A DNA stretch of 64,000 bases from Azolla caroliniana (lineage: Eukaryota; Plantae; Polypodiophyta): contig JBHGNT010000014.1 in the NCBI GenBank assembly GCA_043228905.1, positions 10,974,001 to 11,038,000 on the forward strand. Direction: 5' to 3'. Shown here piece after piece: positions 1 to 12,827 of this stretch (positions are counted from its first letter, which is position 1; the number at the start of each line of letters is the position of its first letter). Below the pieces are notes generated by a model. It had not been told where the DNA came from, searched no databases, and worked only from the letters and a program-made list of their open reading frames with translations. Position numbers and translations under genes: made by a program.

Positions 1-201
1 TTAGCTGCATATATAAGTCACTTATGTACTTAGGTAAAAAGCAAGAGTAGTAAGTGAGAGTAGAGAAGAAGAACAGAAAAACTGACGAGAGCGAGTTGAG
101 CTCTATGTGTAATGAAATAGAAGCTTTTTGGTTTGCTGCACAGAGGTAAGTCTCCTTCCCCTTCCCCTTTTTGTCTTGAGCACTAAACGATCCAGCACAT
201 C

Positions 202-657
202 TATTAGAGATCTAAGTACTAAAGTAAGCTTAAGATAAGGATAAACAAATGATAGATAGAAAGGAGAAAGAGAAAGAAGGGTGCCGATCCACCCGACCAC
301 CCCCGAGAGAAGGGATCGAGATGGACTCGAGCCTCGATCGGCGTCCCATACCACCGCCATGGCGTCGAGTCGTACCTGGTGCTGGCGCGCTCGCTACAAG
401 AGTTGACCCACCACAAGAGCAGAGTCTCGATGTAGTCAAAAAGATGCTGAAATGAGGGTAGCTAGGCCTCTTATTTATAGCGATACCCAAGGCCTCCAAG
501 CAAGTTCACACTTGACCTAATGGGTTGTCTCAATCCCGAGGATTAAAAGTAATCCTCCCTTTCTTTACACTCTCGTTTAACCCTCACACTTATCCACGTG
601 TATAGAATACTACGGTAAATTCTCACCACGGGATATTAAATGGTCATGCCCGTAACA
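202..657 (-). repeat. 3' LTR of element A
   Basis: Near-identical to 7699-8153; adjacent to the PPT. Confidence 0.95.
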
Positions 658-3456
658 TACTCCCCCTCTTTAAAACATTGCACTCTTGCAATGGAAAGTT
701 AGGGAAATTAGTTCTGAGAGTATTTTCGCGTTCCCATGTGGCATCTTTTATTGATTTATCCATCCATTTTATTTTAAATTCTCGGATTTCTTTAGTACGT
801 AATTTTTTTGTTTTAACATCGAGAATTCTTTCTGGTACATTTGGTTTAGAAGATAATTCTTCAGAAGTAACCAGAGTTTCAGTTGTAACTGTATTGTCGC
901 CAAAACCTAGAAGTTCTTTTAGACGACTCACATGGAAGACTAGATGAATTCCAACACCATCGGGAAGAGCAAGACGATAGGCTGATGACCTAATGCGTTT
1001 GACGACTATAAAAGGTCCACAAAACCGTGGGGCTAACTTAGTGCACTTACCCGTAGACAATGTCTTAGAATTGTGAGGTACACGCAAAAATACCTTCTGT
1101 CCAGGGTTGAATACATGAGGTTGCCTATGATGATTGGCATAAAAACGCGCTCTATCTTGAGCTGTTTTTATATTATCTCGTGCAATATGCAACATGTCTT
1201 GCATATCCCGAAGAAAGTTTTGCGTACTTCGCAACTCATCATGATGTATATTAACATCAATCGGGGCTCGTGGCTGAAAACCATACATCAACATAAAAGG
1301 ACTATATCACGTCGACGTATGCTTGGAGCTGTTATAAGCAAACTCCAAAATTGGGAGATAACGTTCCCATTTTGTTGGTTTTGCACCAACGTATGCTCGA
1401 AGCATGTCCTCAATAATTTGATTTACTCGTTCTGTTTGTCCATCAGATTGAGGATGATCCGTGGAGCTCATGCTCAACATAGTTTCTAACTTCTTAAAGA
1501 CTTGCGTCCAGAAGTCACTAGTAAACTTTGGATCTCGATCACTCACGATATCCATCGATAACCCATAAAAACGAAACAATTCGTCAACGAATTGGTAAGC
1601 CAATTCAGGAGCTGTTACTGTGGTTTTAGTAGCAATAAATCTGGCCATTTTAGTTAGTCGATTAACAACAACCCAGATGGCATCATGACCTTTTTGGGTG
1701 CGAGGAAGGCTAACCATAAAATCCATGGATATAATTTCCCACTTATTATTGGGAATGTCCAAGGGATGTAAAAGTCATGCGGCTTTAAGTCGCTCGGCTT
1801 TGTTAACCTGACACTGGTGACAATTAGCCACATAGTTATGTATGTCAGGATGCATCTTAGGCCAATAAAATTGAGTGGAGATGAGAACGAGTGTACGATG
1901 TATTCCAGGGTGCCCTGCTAAGGGTGCATCATGGCATTCAAAAAGAATCCTCTTTTTGACCTCGGGTAAATCTGGAACACAAACCTTCCCATTACGGTAG
2001 AGCAAACCGTTAGCAATGTGGAAGTATTCCTTCGAGGATGTGGTGGTGCCTGTTCCAGACTCAACTCTTGCCTAGTATTTTGCAAAATAACTGTCATCAG
2101 CATACTTTCCTCGAAGGTGATCATAAAGATTTGATGTTATTTCAATGAAGCTAAGCATGTTAACTTCACGGATGTGACTTAGTGCATCAGCGACAGTGTT
2201 CATGGAACCTTTACGATATCGTATGGAAAAATCAAAGTCCTAGATGAGATCAGCCCATCGTGGCCTTACGACCTTTCAGGTCTTGTTGGTCACAAAAATA
2301 TTTCAAGGACTCGTGGTCCGTAGTTACCACAAAGCGATTTCCATAAAGATAATGGCGCCATGTTTTGAGTGCATGTATAACTGCAAATATTTCCTTTTCT
2401 TGAACGATATACCAACATTGAGCAGAATCAAGTTTCTTACTCTCGAATGCTATTAGTTTACCATCTTGATACAAGACAACACCTATAGCATAATCGCTTG
2501 CATCGGTTTCAACCTCAAAAGGTTTTGAGGATCAGGTAAAAGAAGTGAAGGAGCCTTGCAAACCAGGTCCTTGAGTTCCTTAAAGGCGAGGTCTAGTGTA
2601 GCATTCCACACAATAGGTTTTGTAGACTTACGCGTTTGACCTTTTAAAAGATCAGTAAACAGCATCGTCAATTGGGAGTAATTACGAAGAGACTTTCACA
2701 AAAACCCGACAAAACCAAGGAATGATCGAACTTCTCGAATATTCCGAAGAGTGGGCCAAAGCTTGATTTTCTCAATGCGAGAAGGATCAATTTCAACTCC
2801 TCGTTCGGTTATGAGATGTCCTAGATAAATAATTGATTTCTTGAAGAACTCACATTTTGAGATCTTTGCATAAAACTGTTTGTCACGCAATGTTTGTAAA
2901 ACAAAGCTAACATGTCTAGCATGTTCTTGTAATGTACGGCTATAAACTAAAATATCATCCAAGAAAATAACGACAAATTTTCCAAGTTGTTCTCGGAAAA
3001 TGTCATTCATTTCTTGTTGAAAAGTAGCCGGAGCATTGGTCAAACCAAAAGGCATAACCAAAAACTCGTAATGCCCATAGCGCGTACGAAATGCCGTTTT
3101 AGGAACATCGTCCTCACTTATTCGTATTTGATGGTAGCTAGTACAGAGATCAAGTTTCGTAAAATACCGAGCTCCTTGGAGACGGTCAATTAGATCGTCA
3201 CCCTGGGGCAATGGGTACAAATTCTTGATCGTCACTTTATTCAAGCGTCGGTAATTAATACACATACGCCATGTGCCCTCTTTCTTTTTAACCAAGAGAA
3301 CTGGTGCACCCCATGGAGATTTACTATAACGTATATAACCCATTCGTAAATAGTCCTTGAGTTGCTTAGATACCTCATCTTCTTCGGATCGACTTAAGCG
3401 ATACGGAGGTATACTTATTGGTGCAACACCAGGTACAATATCTATACGATGGTCTA

Positions 3457-3863
3457 TATTACGTTTGGAGGTAACCCATCAGGTAGTTCACTTGGAAAAA
3501 CATCATGAAAATCATTTAAGATTTCATCAAGTTGTTGTTGTTCAAAATATGTTAATTGAACCGGGACATTATCGATATTGTAAATGTTGTCGTGCCTTTC
3601 GGCGCCGGATCGTTGTGTGAGTCGGGTGGGAACCACTGAGGTTTTGGACTAGGACAAAGTATTACGTTTAGGAGGTAACCCATCAGGTAGTTCACTTGGA
3701 AAAACATCATGAAAATCATTTAAGATTTCATCAAGTTGTTGTTGTTCAAAATATGTTAATTGAATCGGGACATTATCGATATTGTAAACGTTGTCGTGCC
3801 TTTCGGCGCCGGATCGTTGCGTGAGTCAGGTGGGAACCACTGAGGTTTTGGACTAGGAGAAAG
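3457..3863. repeat. ~203-bp tandem duplication spanning the element A / solo-LTR junction
   Basis: 3457-3659 is repeated at 3660-3863 with a few transitions and a 1-bp indel. Confidence 0.9.
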
Positions 3864-4566
3864 AAGAATATGAGATGAGGCTAGTAATGAATAGATTATT
3901 AGAAAGAGAGATAGAAATTTCGTGAATCCCACGAGTGTATTGTATTCGATTAATCAATATTTAGATAAGAATATGTATTTAGATTGAAAGAAAGATATAA
4001 GAAACTTGTGAATCCCACAAGTATAGATTATATTATTTTCGTGAATCCCATGATTATATTAATCGGTTGGTGTTTTCGGAAATATATCCAATTTCCAAAT
4101 ATTTCACACACCTTTTACATTGTGCTCCTCATCCTTATATAGAGATGAGAGAGTCTTTTCCAACCCATGCGTTTTCTCTAACTATAGACTCCATGCTTTT
4201 TCTATAGATAGACTATATGCTTTATCTAAAGTGATCATGCTTTTTCTAACTTGTGCGTTTTTTATAAACTATAGCGTTCATACACGCTAGATATGCATGC
4301 GTAGCTTTTTCTTTTAGCATGCGTTTTTTTCTTTTAACTAAAGTTTATCCTATGTGAACTTAACTTTCTTTGTGGGACATCTACTTTTTAACACTAATGA
4401 AATGCTAGTGTAATGGTAAGACATTACATTATTAACATGGAGGTGCAAGGTTCGAATCTTGCCCTATGCATGTTATATATATTTTAATATTTTCTACTAT
4501 TTATTCATATTTATTAAATCGGTACTTTATAAGTTTTTCACGTAGTGTACGAAATACACTACGACA
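3792..4566 (-). mobile_element. Solo LTR related to element D, inserted in the pol of A
   Basis: TGTCG...CGACA termini; 4-bp TSD ACGT; removing it restores the A frame (DIHV/YNIDN); reverse-complement similarity to the D LTR. Confidence 0.9.
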
Positions 4567-7500
4567 ACGTGAATGTCCGGATCAAGTACACAATAAAATA
4601 ACGTAGAACAAGACAACTCGGATATTGATGGACACGAGGAAACAATCGAGAGGGATTGTTTTTTTACACATTGAATAAATTGCGTACAATCGTTCAGTAC
4701 AAAAGAAATGGAATGGCGAACCCAATCAATAAATAAAGAAGAGTTTTTATTATAAAACCAGGGATAACCCAGTATTACATCGGTGGTACAAAGATTCATT
4801 ACATGGAAGTCTACTTCCTCTATATAAGTATCAATAGAAATTCCTAATGAATGAATCGCCCCGTTGATGTATTGTACTCTTCCATCAGCCAAGTGCACCG
4901 TGTAGGTGTGATCACTTACGGTGGGTTGGATTCCCCATATCTGAACCAAACGATCATTCACAAAATTGTGTGAGCTTCCCGAATCAAATAAAAATTGTAC
5001 GGGAGATCCATTGATATACTCGTTTGCACGTAGTAAATCATTGGGACCCAATACACAGTGAGGGAAAGAACATTGACAATTACTTAAATGATGTGTATAA
5101 ACCTGAAGGACATTAGGAATTTGACCTTTATGGTCTGCAGCTTTAGCTTTGTTGTCGTGCTCTTTCCGTTGGAGCTTTCGACATTAATCTTTTGTATGAC
5201 CCTTCTTTTTGCAGAATACGCAAAAAGGATGTTGTCGCTTACAGTCGCGATCCAGGCATTCGTTGGGTGTCTTGCGTTTCCCAACAAATTGCGACTGCTT
5301 AGTCCCGGGCGCTTCGTTGGGTTTGTTGTGGTCCTTCTTCGAAGTGTGTGGATAGCGAAGAACTATTTCAACGGCCTCTTCGAAGGATTTTGGATCCTTA
5401 TCGTGCACTATCCACTGATAGTCCGAATTGGGGATGCCATTGACAAAACAAGCTATCAACCAATTGTCCCCTTCTAGACCCGATTTTTGGATTTGGGTTC
5501 TAGCATGGTGAACATAGTCTTCTAGAGAGGAAAATTTCCTGCTAGAGAGGTTCATTAAAGCTTGTGCTGCCTCGGTTCGAGAGGGAGGTTGCAGAAATTG
5601 GCCCTTAAAAACCGTGACAAAATCTGTCCAGGTATCGGGCAATTTCCCCATAGTACGGAGCCCACGCCACCAGGCGGCGGCCTTACCCCCGAGTTCTCGG
5701 CCGACATATGCAATCTTCGTACTATCTGGCGTGGGATAGACCTCAAAATGAGACTCCCATCGTCCCAGCCATGTGCAGATGCTTCTTCGGTTCTTTCCTT
5801 TTTGTCTCCCATAAATGGCTTAACGACAAATGATGGTTCACCTTATCGCTCATCAGGTCTATTAGTCTCACGTTGTAGACTAATGACACGTGCCTCAAGA
5901 GCACTCTGAGATTGCCGAAGTTCGGTCATCTGTTGAGCGGTGAAACTAAGGTATTGGGTTATTTGTGCCAAATACATCTCAGTGGACATTTGTCCAGGAG
6001 GATTCCCTTGAGTTTCTTCCGCTTGAGCGGATGACATCAGGTCGTTAATTTGAGCCATTAAAGATTATTTCTGGAAAAGAAATAGGACAAGGTCAGAGAT
6101 ATAGTCATAACATCATGTCGTGATGTAAACATATCATGGGCGAGCATTAATCGATATCATTATCTCACGTCAATACCCCTCTAGATGTATGAGATGAGGT
6201 TCAAGATCAGGTTACTATGGTAACACAAAGGTGTTTTAAAAACCATGGGGGTGACAAATAAATGTCTTTCCCTGATCTCTATATCTATTTTTTCATGGTG
6301 GCTCCCCGAGGCTCAACCATGTATGTTCGCGTCATGAATTGTTTATACACGAAAAAAATGTTAACAATAAACTATGTTTCGGTGCTCTTTAAGTCCTATT
6401 ACGAGGACCCCAAGGTGCACTTAGAACTTAAGTCTAAACATGTGTTATAGTCATATATATCAAGGATGTTGTATGGTCTTGGTCATATTTGAACTCGAGA
6501 CCTCGAGAACAAATACATTAAACACTTGAGCCAACCAAGTAAGTTGCTCTTCTCGAATGCTTAATGTTTGATGCGTATAAGAGATATGCGAGGCAATTGA
6601 TCATATATGTTTTTTTTTAAAAGAACATATATTTCAAGGGTCCTTATTTCGCCCTCATTTACCAAAACTATGTTGGTACGTTACCTAACCTCAAGTCTCG
6701 TAATTACGATGGCATACGCCAAATTGCAACCTAATGGTTAAGCCAAATAAGCCTTCGTTTCGTAGTAGGCCCACGTGGCCCATCACATGGTCACGTCATT
6801 ACGAATGCCTCTCATAAGAACGAGCTCAGGGTGGCATCGTATCCATGTAACGAGGGAGGAATGTTGGATACGTGCGTCATTGGAGCGACCTCACTTGAAG
6901 TGGGTCAAGCCCTATGTACTCAACATCATTATGGCTATTGGCGTTTCTTTATGTAACGAAATCGAGGTCATCAACGGGGTTGTCAACAATAAAAAATTGT
7001 TGAAAAAGGGATGGTGACAACGCCATTCTCACAAAAATGTGAGGACGGTCACCAACATCCTTTTCCCGACAAGGACAACTTTCGATATAATCACGTAATA
7101 ACGAATATACACATATGTTTACTTATCACATATATACGATCAAATACGTATATATGTGACCACATATGCCTATATTAAACATATCGTTATATTAAATATC
7201 CACAAATGATGTGATTGAGATACGTAATCGAGGTATATACCTCTACGCACATGAAACATCCTCAAATAAGAGATCATCGTAATACGCAATTGAGGTATTG
7301 ACCTCTTACGCATACGAAACCAACCGCATATCGTTTACAACAAATCAAGGTATTAAACTCATACGTAATTGATGTATTAACCTTGTACGCATACGACACT
7401 CATCACATATTATTAATATGTCAAATGAGGTATTGACCTCGTGCACATATGTAAACGTTTTAGATAATCAATTAAAGACCACTACAACATCATTGACTTA

Positions 7501-7698
7501 ATGAAAAAAACTGACATATAAACTAAACACATGATTAGATGGGAGAAGAGAGAATAGAAAGAAAAATTATGGAAAGAGTTACCGAAGTTCTTTGTTGATC
7601 GTTCTCTAGATCAAGGCCGACCACACAACGATCGATCAGCATCAATCAAAAGACAAATGAAAAACAAAGAAACATTAGTACATAAATCTGATACCAAA

Positions 7699-8153
7699 TA
7701 TTAGAGATCTAAGTACTAAAGTAAGCTTAAGATAAGGATAAAAAAATGATAGATAGAAAGGAGAAAGAGAAAGAAGGGTGCCGATCCACCCGACAACCCC
7801 CGAGCGAAGGGATCAAGACGGACTCGAGCCTCGATCGGCGTCCCATACCACCGCCGTGGCGTCGAGTCGTACCTGGTGCTGGCGCGCTCGCTACAAGAGT
7901 TGACCAACCACAAGACCAGAGTCTCGATGTAGTCAAAAAGATCCTGAAATGAGGGTAGCTAGGCCTCTTATTTATAGCGATACCCAAGGCCCCCAGGCAA
8001 GTTCACATTGACCTAATGGGTTGTCTCAATCCCGAGGATTGAAAGTAATCCTCCCCTTCTTTACACTCTCGTTTAACCCTCACACTTATCCACGTGTATA
8101 GAATACTACGGTAAATTCTCACCACGGGATATTAAATGGTCATGCCCGTAACA
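7699..8153 (-). repeat. 5' LTR of element A
   Basis: Pairs with 202-657; followed on the minus strand by the Met PBS. Confidence 0.95.
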
Positions 8154-8202
8154 ATATCACGATCCATTGTGCACACAGAAGAGCCATAGTGCCTTTGTAA
8201 CA

Positions 8203-11200
8203 CAAACATAGTCATCAAGAAAGCGTCGCATATGGGGCCACCAAAAGGATCGTTGAACTAGATCCAACGTCTTAGTACTACCGAAATGTCTAGCTATATG
8301 GGTGTCGTGACAATTTTGGACAATTTGAAGGCAACAAGAGCAATCGGAAACATACCCGAGCTTTTTAAAGAATAATAAACCATCATGATATTCGAATTGT
8401 TGGTAGTCCATACCTGGTTGTTGAGACTGGGAACAGGATGGCCGAGAGGTATCAATTTGTGCTAGAATGGCTTGAGCAAAACTATTCCTCTTCAAGTTGG
8501 CACGTATGGCATCAATAATCCGGGAATCATATGTTGTGGGAAAATTCCGCATTGTGTGCAAACGTGTTGGTCCCCAAATTACCTGCTTTTGATTATCAAA
8601 TGCTGGATCACCCGGATGAGGTGCAAGATATGAATGTTGCAATAGTGCATCTGCTTTTCATTGTTGCTTCCCCCGCCGATATGTGATTTTGAAGTCAAAA
8701 TGCGTGAGGAATTGGGGCCACCGAGCTTGCCGTCGATTTAGTACACGAGCATTCTGGAAGTAAGCAAGCTTTTTGTGATCACTAAAGGCGATGACCTAAT
8801 GAGGAGAGCCCTCTAAGAAGTGCCTCCATTGCACAAACGAATCCACGATGGCTAATAACTCCTTGTCATGTATCTCATAGTTAATTTCCGTGGCATCAAA
8901 TTTGCTTGAGTGGAAAGCCACAGGATGTAACTTTTCTTTATCTCCTTGTTGTGAAAGGATGCTACCGAGGGAGAAATTTGATGCGTTGGCCTCCATGACG
9001 AATGGTTTGTTTGCATCCACATGAGCTAGAATAGGAGCTAATGTAAAGGCTTTCTTAAGATGCATAAAAGCCATGTCTGCTTCATTGGACCAAAGAAATG
9101 ACAGTCCCTTCTTGGTAAGTTGTGTGAGAGGTAAAATAATCTTCAAGTAATCTTGTATAAACTTGCAGTAGAAGTCAGCAAAGCCTAGGAAACATTGCAC
9201 ATCTCATAACTAACGTGCAGTTTTGCCACTCTAGCACAGTTTCGACTTTAGTTGGATCTATGGAGATGCCTTTTGAGGAGATGACGTAGCCTAGAAATTC
9301 CACTTGCTTGCAGTCAAAGCTACATTTTTCTAGTTTGAGGAGATGATGTAGCCATGCTCTCGGAGTCGTTTTAGTACTAATAGTACATGAGAATCATGCT
9401 CTTCCTGGGTCTTCAATAAATCAATAGATCATCCAGATAGATGATCAAATAGATATCCAAGAGATCTCTGAATATATCATTTTCCATGTGTTGGAAGACT
9501 GCGGGCGCATTGGTTAGACCGAACGGCATAACGGTGTACTCGAAGTGCCCATATCGGGTGCGTAAAGCGGTCTTCTATTCGTCTCTTGGTCGGATCCGCA
9601 CAATGTTATATGCTCCTCGTAAGTCGATTTTTGTAAAAAACTTGGCACCATTTACACGTTCTAATAGACTTGATATAAGGGGAAGTGCATACCTATTCCG
9701 AATGGTGACCTTATTCAAGCCGTGGTAATCAATGACGAGACGAAGGGATCCATCTTTCTTTTTGACAAAGAAAATGGGTGCACCGGCTGGAGATTTTGAA
9801 TGACGAATAAACCCGCTTGCTAAATTCTCTTCTATGTAGGCTCGAAGGACTTCCAACTCGGTTGGTGACAAGTTGTAAATCGGTCCCCACGGTGGCTTTG
9901 TTCTTGGTTGTAAATTGATGGGGCAATCATAGGGATGATGATGAGGAAGAGTACCAGCTCTGACCTTGTAAAATACATCGGCATAAGGATGATATTTCGC
10001 GGGAAGTTGAACTAAGGATTCCTTTTTAATAGTGCTAGAAGGATGTACTGATATTGCAAATAGAAACATTGACTCCTTGCGTCCTGCTTCGCGTAATTGA
10101 TGGAGCGAAATGGTCGAAACTCGATGAGTAGATTCTGGGGGTTGTCGATACCAGACTTCTCTTGTTCTCCAATCTATGTCTGCATTATGTACTTCAAACC
10201 AAGGTAAGCCCAGGACAATGGGATGCTCTGGACTACTAATTATATTAAATGATACCACACACACAAAGCTATCTAGGACAACCTGAATGGGTTTTGGCTC
10301 TTCTTCGATATTCCCAGAAGCAATGGGACGACCATCAATGACTACTACAGATGCTGGGCAAGGAAGTTTTCTTAAGGATATCTGAGAAGCTTGGGTAAAA
10401 TTCTGATCCATGAAACAGGAATTGGCTCCGGAATCTAAAAGTGCTAAGACATGTACTAGAGGGGTACTTTTACTACTATTCATGACTTGGGCTAACAACA
10501 CATTGCTAACTTGCTTAGAGGGAATGGAACCACTAATGGGCTGCACAAATCTAGGGTTGTCCAACCAAACAACTCCTATTTTGGCTGGACTTAGTTGTTT
10601 AACTCTTCCTTTAATTGACTAAGGATTTCAAATTTGTTTGAGATACTTGGGCTATCAGTACTATTAATACTATTAGACACTCCTAAGGGAATGGACTCAA
10701 GTTTAGTACAGGCTATGATTTGATTTACCTGTCTTCTTGGCCTATGGGGACAATTCATGGCGATATGCCCTGGTCCACCAGAATAAAGAAATAATCAATT
10801 TGCACATCGTCGTTGCTTTTCTTCTTCCGATAACGGGCCACGTCGACGCATGGTGTCGATCTGCATCATCGTCGGAGTATTTGCCTGAGATCCATCTCAT
10901 GCAACCAGTTTAGCAATGATTGAGGCGTATGTGGGCTCTAGCCTAGTCCATGGCATTTGTAATTGACATTCCGAACGTCGTTCGAAAAGGCGGTTGTGGC
11001 ATCGAACCGCTCGACTGATTGCCTCTGTAAGAGATTTTGGTTCTTCAGGGAAGGTTAAAAATAAATCTTTGATGTCGTTTCGTAGGCCATAGCGGAACTG
11101 CTCCATTAGTGCTTGATAATCCTAGGGGATATTTAAGGCAAGTAGACAAAAATTTGGTGCGTAGGTAGAGGCTGGACGATTGCCTTGACACAATCATCAG

Positions 11201-11557
11201 ATTTTGTTAATCGTCGTCCTGATGCTATCGGTATCTCCAAAGCAAGCTCTAAACTCACTAATAAAGTCTTCCAAGTTATTAAGCAAGGGAGATTGTTTTT
11301 CCAAAAGTGGAGCGAACCATGCCAAGGCTGAGCCGCTGAGCAATATGCCTATTAGGCCTACTCGGGATGCATCAATGGGGTATCGGGAAGGATGCATTTG
11401 CATGACTAAGTGTACTTGATTAAGGAATCCTCTTAATTGTGACCGCGTTCCATCGAATTTCATAGGAAGACCAATATTGGTCTCTTTATGAAGTCCTTGG
11501 GGACTTGATCCTTGTTGTTGTAACGCTACGATGGTTGCTTCGATTTGTTGTACACAT
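8203..11557 (-). pseudogene. Element B: degenerate gypsy gag-pol (Tcn1/Tf-like), host of element C; 5' part resumes at 56224
   Basis: Gag LPMKFDGTRSQLRGFLNQ..LLSGSALAW, protease LLDSGA, RT PAGAPIFFVKKKDGSLRL/KIDLRGAYN, RNase H NYEIHDKELLAIV, integrase HHCC start. Confidence 0.85.
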
Positions 11558-12755
11558 TGTCGTGAAAATCTATCACTATGTGCGGATCGTGAGGTGGAAT
11601 CGCCAGGGTCCTCAACCGGAAGGATTCGAAGTTTAAGATAGATTAAAAGAGAGAGAGAGATTGAGATAAAGATTAAACGCTTGATTTTAGATTTGAGAGA
11701 CAAGATTAATACATCACCAGATGGAATAACGAATTTTTTCTTACCTTTAATTTCTTGATTAATACATAGCCCGTTTTTCTTCTTCATCCACTCTTTTATG
11801 CATGTGAGGGTGCAAGACATGCATGTAATGGATAAAATGCATAAGATGCATGATTGCCATTTGGCACTCATGCATTACATGTGTTGCATGATAACCATGT
11901 CACTCAATCAAAGCTCTCATGTATGAGAATTTACATGTGAAAGTACAATGAAAGCTTTTTCCGTTTCACACCGAAATCTTCAAAACACCGTGTTTCGTGA
12001 TCAACCTATCCGATGGACCCGTCTATCCAGTCCATCCGGTCCGGTTCCGTCACCGTCCGGTCCCAATCCCGATCCCGATCCCAGTTTCGGTTCCGTCGTC
12101 GTCCGGTCCTAACCCCGGTTTCGGTGCCGACCGGCTTGTCCAGTTCAGTCGTCGTTCAGTCCCGGTTCCGTTGTCGTCTGATGTTGTCGCCTTTCGTCCG
12201 ATTCCGGTTCCGGTTCTGTCACCTTCCGTCTGGTTCTGGCATGTTCCGTCCAGTTGCAGCTCTGGTTCCATCGTCGTCCGGTGCTATCCACCGGTCCGAT
12301 TTCGTTGTCGTTTGTCTCGGTTCCGGTTTCGTCGTTGTCCGTTCGGATCCTTCGAAAAGGCTATTTGAATAACTTGGTCGCATCTATTTATCCAAATTAG
12401 ACAACCCAACCCTTTTGTGTTCCTAGCACATAGATTAAATATTAAGAGATATGGCTCTACTTATATAATCTTGAATCCTGATGTTGTCCTATCTATGTGG
12501 GATAAATCACAGTTTTGTTTTCCTCTTCTTCTTCTCAAACTTCACACTCACATAACTTGACACTAAGTTGTCCATTTCACATGTAGTAAAATGCATTCGA
12601 AAGCTCTTGAAGACATCCATTTTTTCGTACCAAGATATTGAACTAATATAAAATAATATTCTCACTATTATTGTTTCATATTGTGTGTGAAGAACCACAC
12701 TCGATTTTGGACATTTCATGCAATTTTCACACTATTGCCGAAAATCTTCACGACA
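11558..12755 (-). repeat. 3' LTR of element C
   Basis: TGTCG...CGACA; homologous to 55033-56223; contains a CCGG/TCCG-rich array. Confidence 0.9.
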
Positions 12756-12827
12756 TCCATCCCCACCAAACCGAACGTCCTCCAGTACGTGCCAAGAAGA
12801 GAGACTGTGAGATTTTAGCAATGGTGA

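Larger units (their letters stand above)
644..6058 (-). pseudogene. Disrupted gag-pol of element A
   Basis: Zinc knuckle CVFCKKKGH, protease [24 protein letters not shown], RNase H, integrase GHPG..CHQC/DRDPKF/GQTER, GPF motif, C-terminal chromodomain (IKW...DATWE). Many stops and frameshifts. Confidence 0.9.
202..8153 (-). mobile_element. Element A: full-length degenerate Ty3/gypsy chromovirus
   Basis: LTRs 202-657 and 7699-8153; TSD ACATC/ATATC; tRNA-iMet PBS TGGTATCAGA at 7687-7696; PPT AAGAGGGGGAGTA at 658-670; order gag-PR-RT-RH-INT-chromodomain. Confidence 0.95.
1..8202. mobile_element. Partial LTR (1-201 + 8154-8202, split by element A) of an element inserted into the integrase of element B
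   Basis: The flanks of A join into a non-coding stretch ending ...CCTTTGTAACA at 8202, exactly where B's integrase frame (WWPHMRRFLDDYV) breaks off. The other end lies outside the window. Confidence 0.5.

Noticed and set aside
3814-3821. CACGCAAC in D-family U5 complementary to the tRNA-Trp T-arm region (primer-activation-like)
   Set aside because: Only 7-8 nt and not evident in C, E or F; could be chance.
4403-4470. Possible functional tRNA gene
   Set aside because: No acceptor or anticodon stem; kept only as a Pol III-like module.
11197-11871. 224-aa ORF as a host gene (PEG10/RTL-like)
   Set aside because: Chimera of C LTR sequence read into the broken gag of B.
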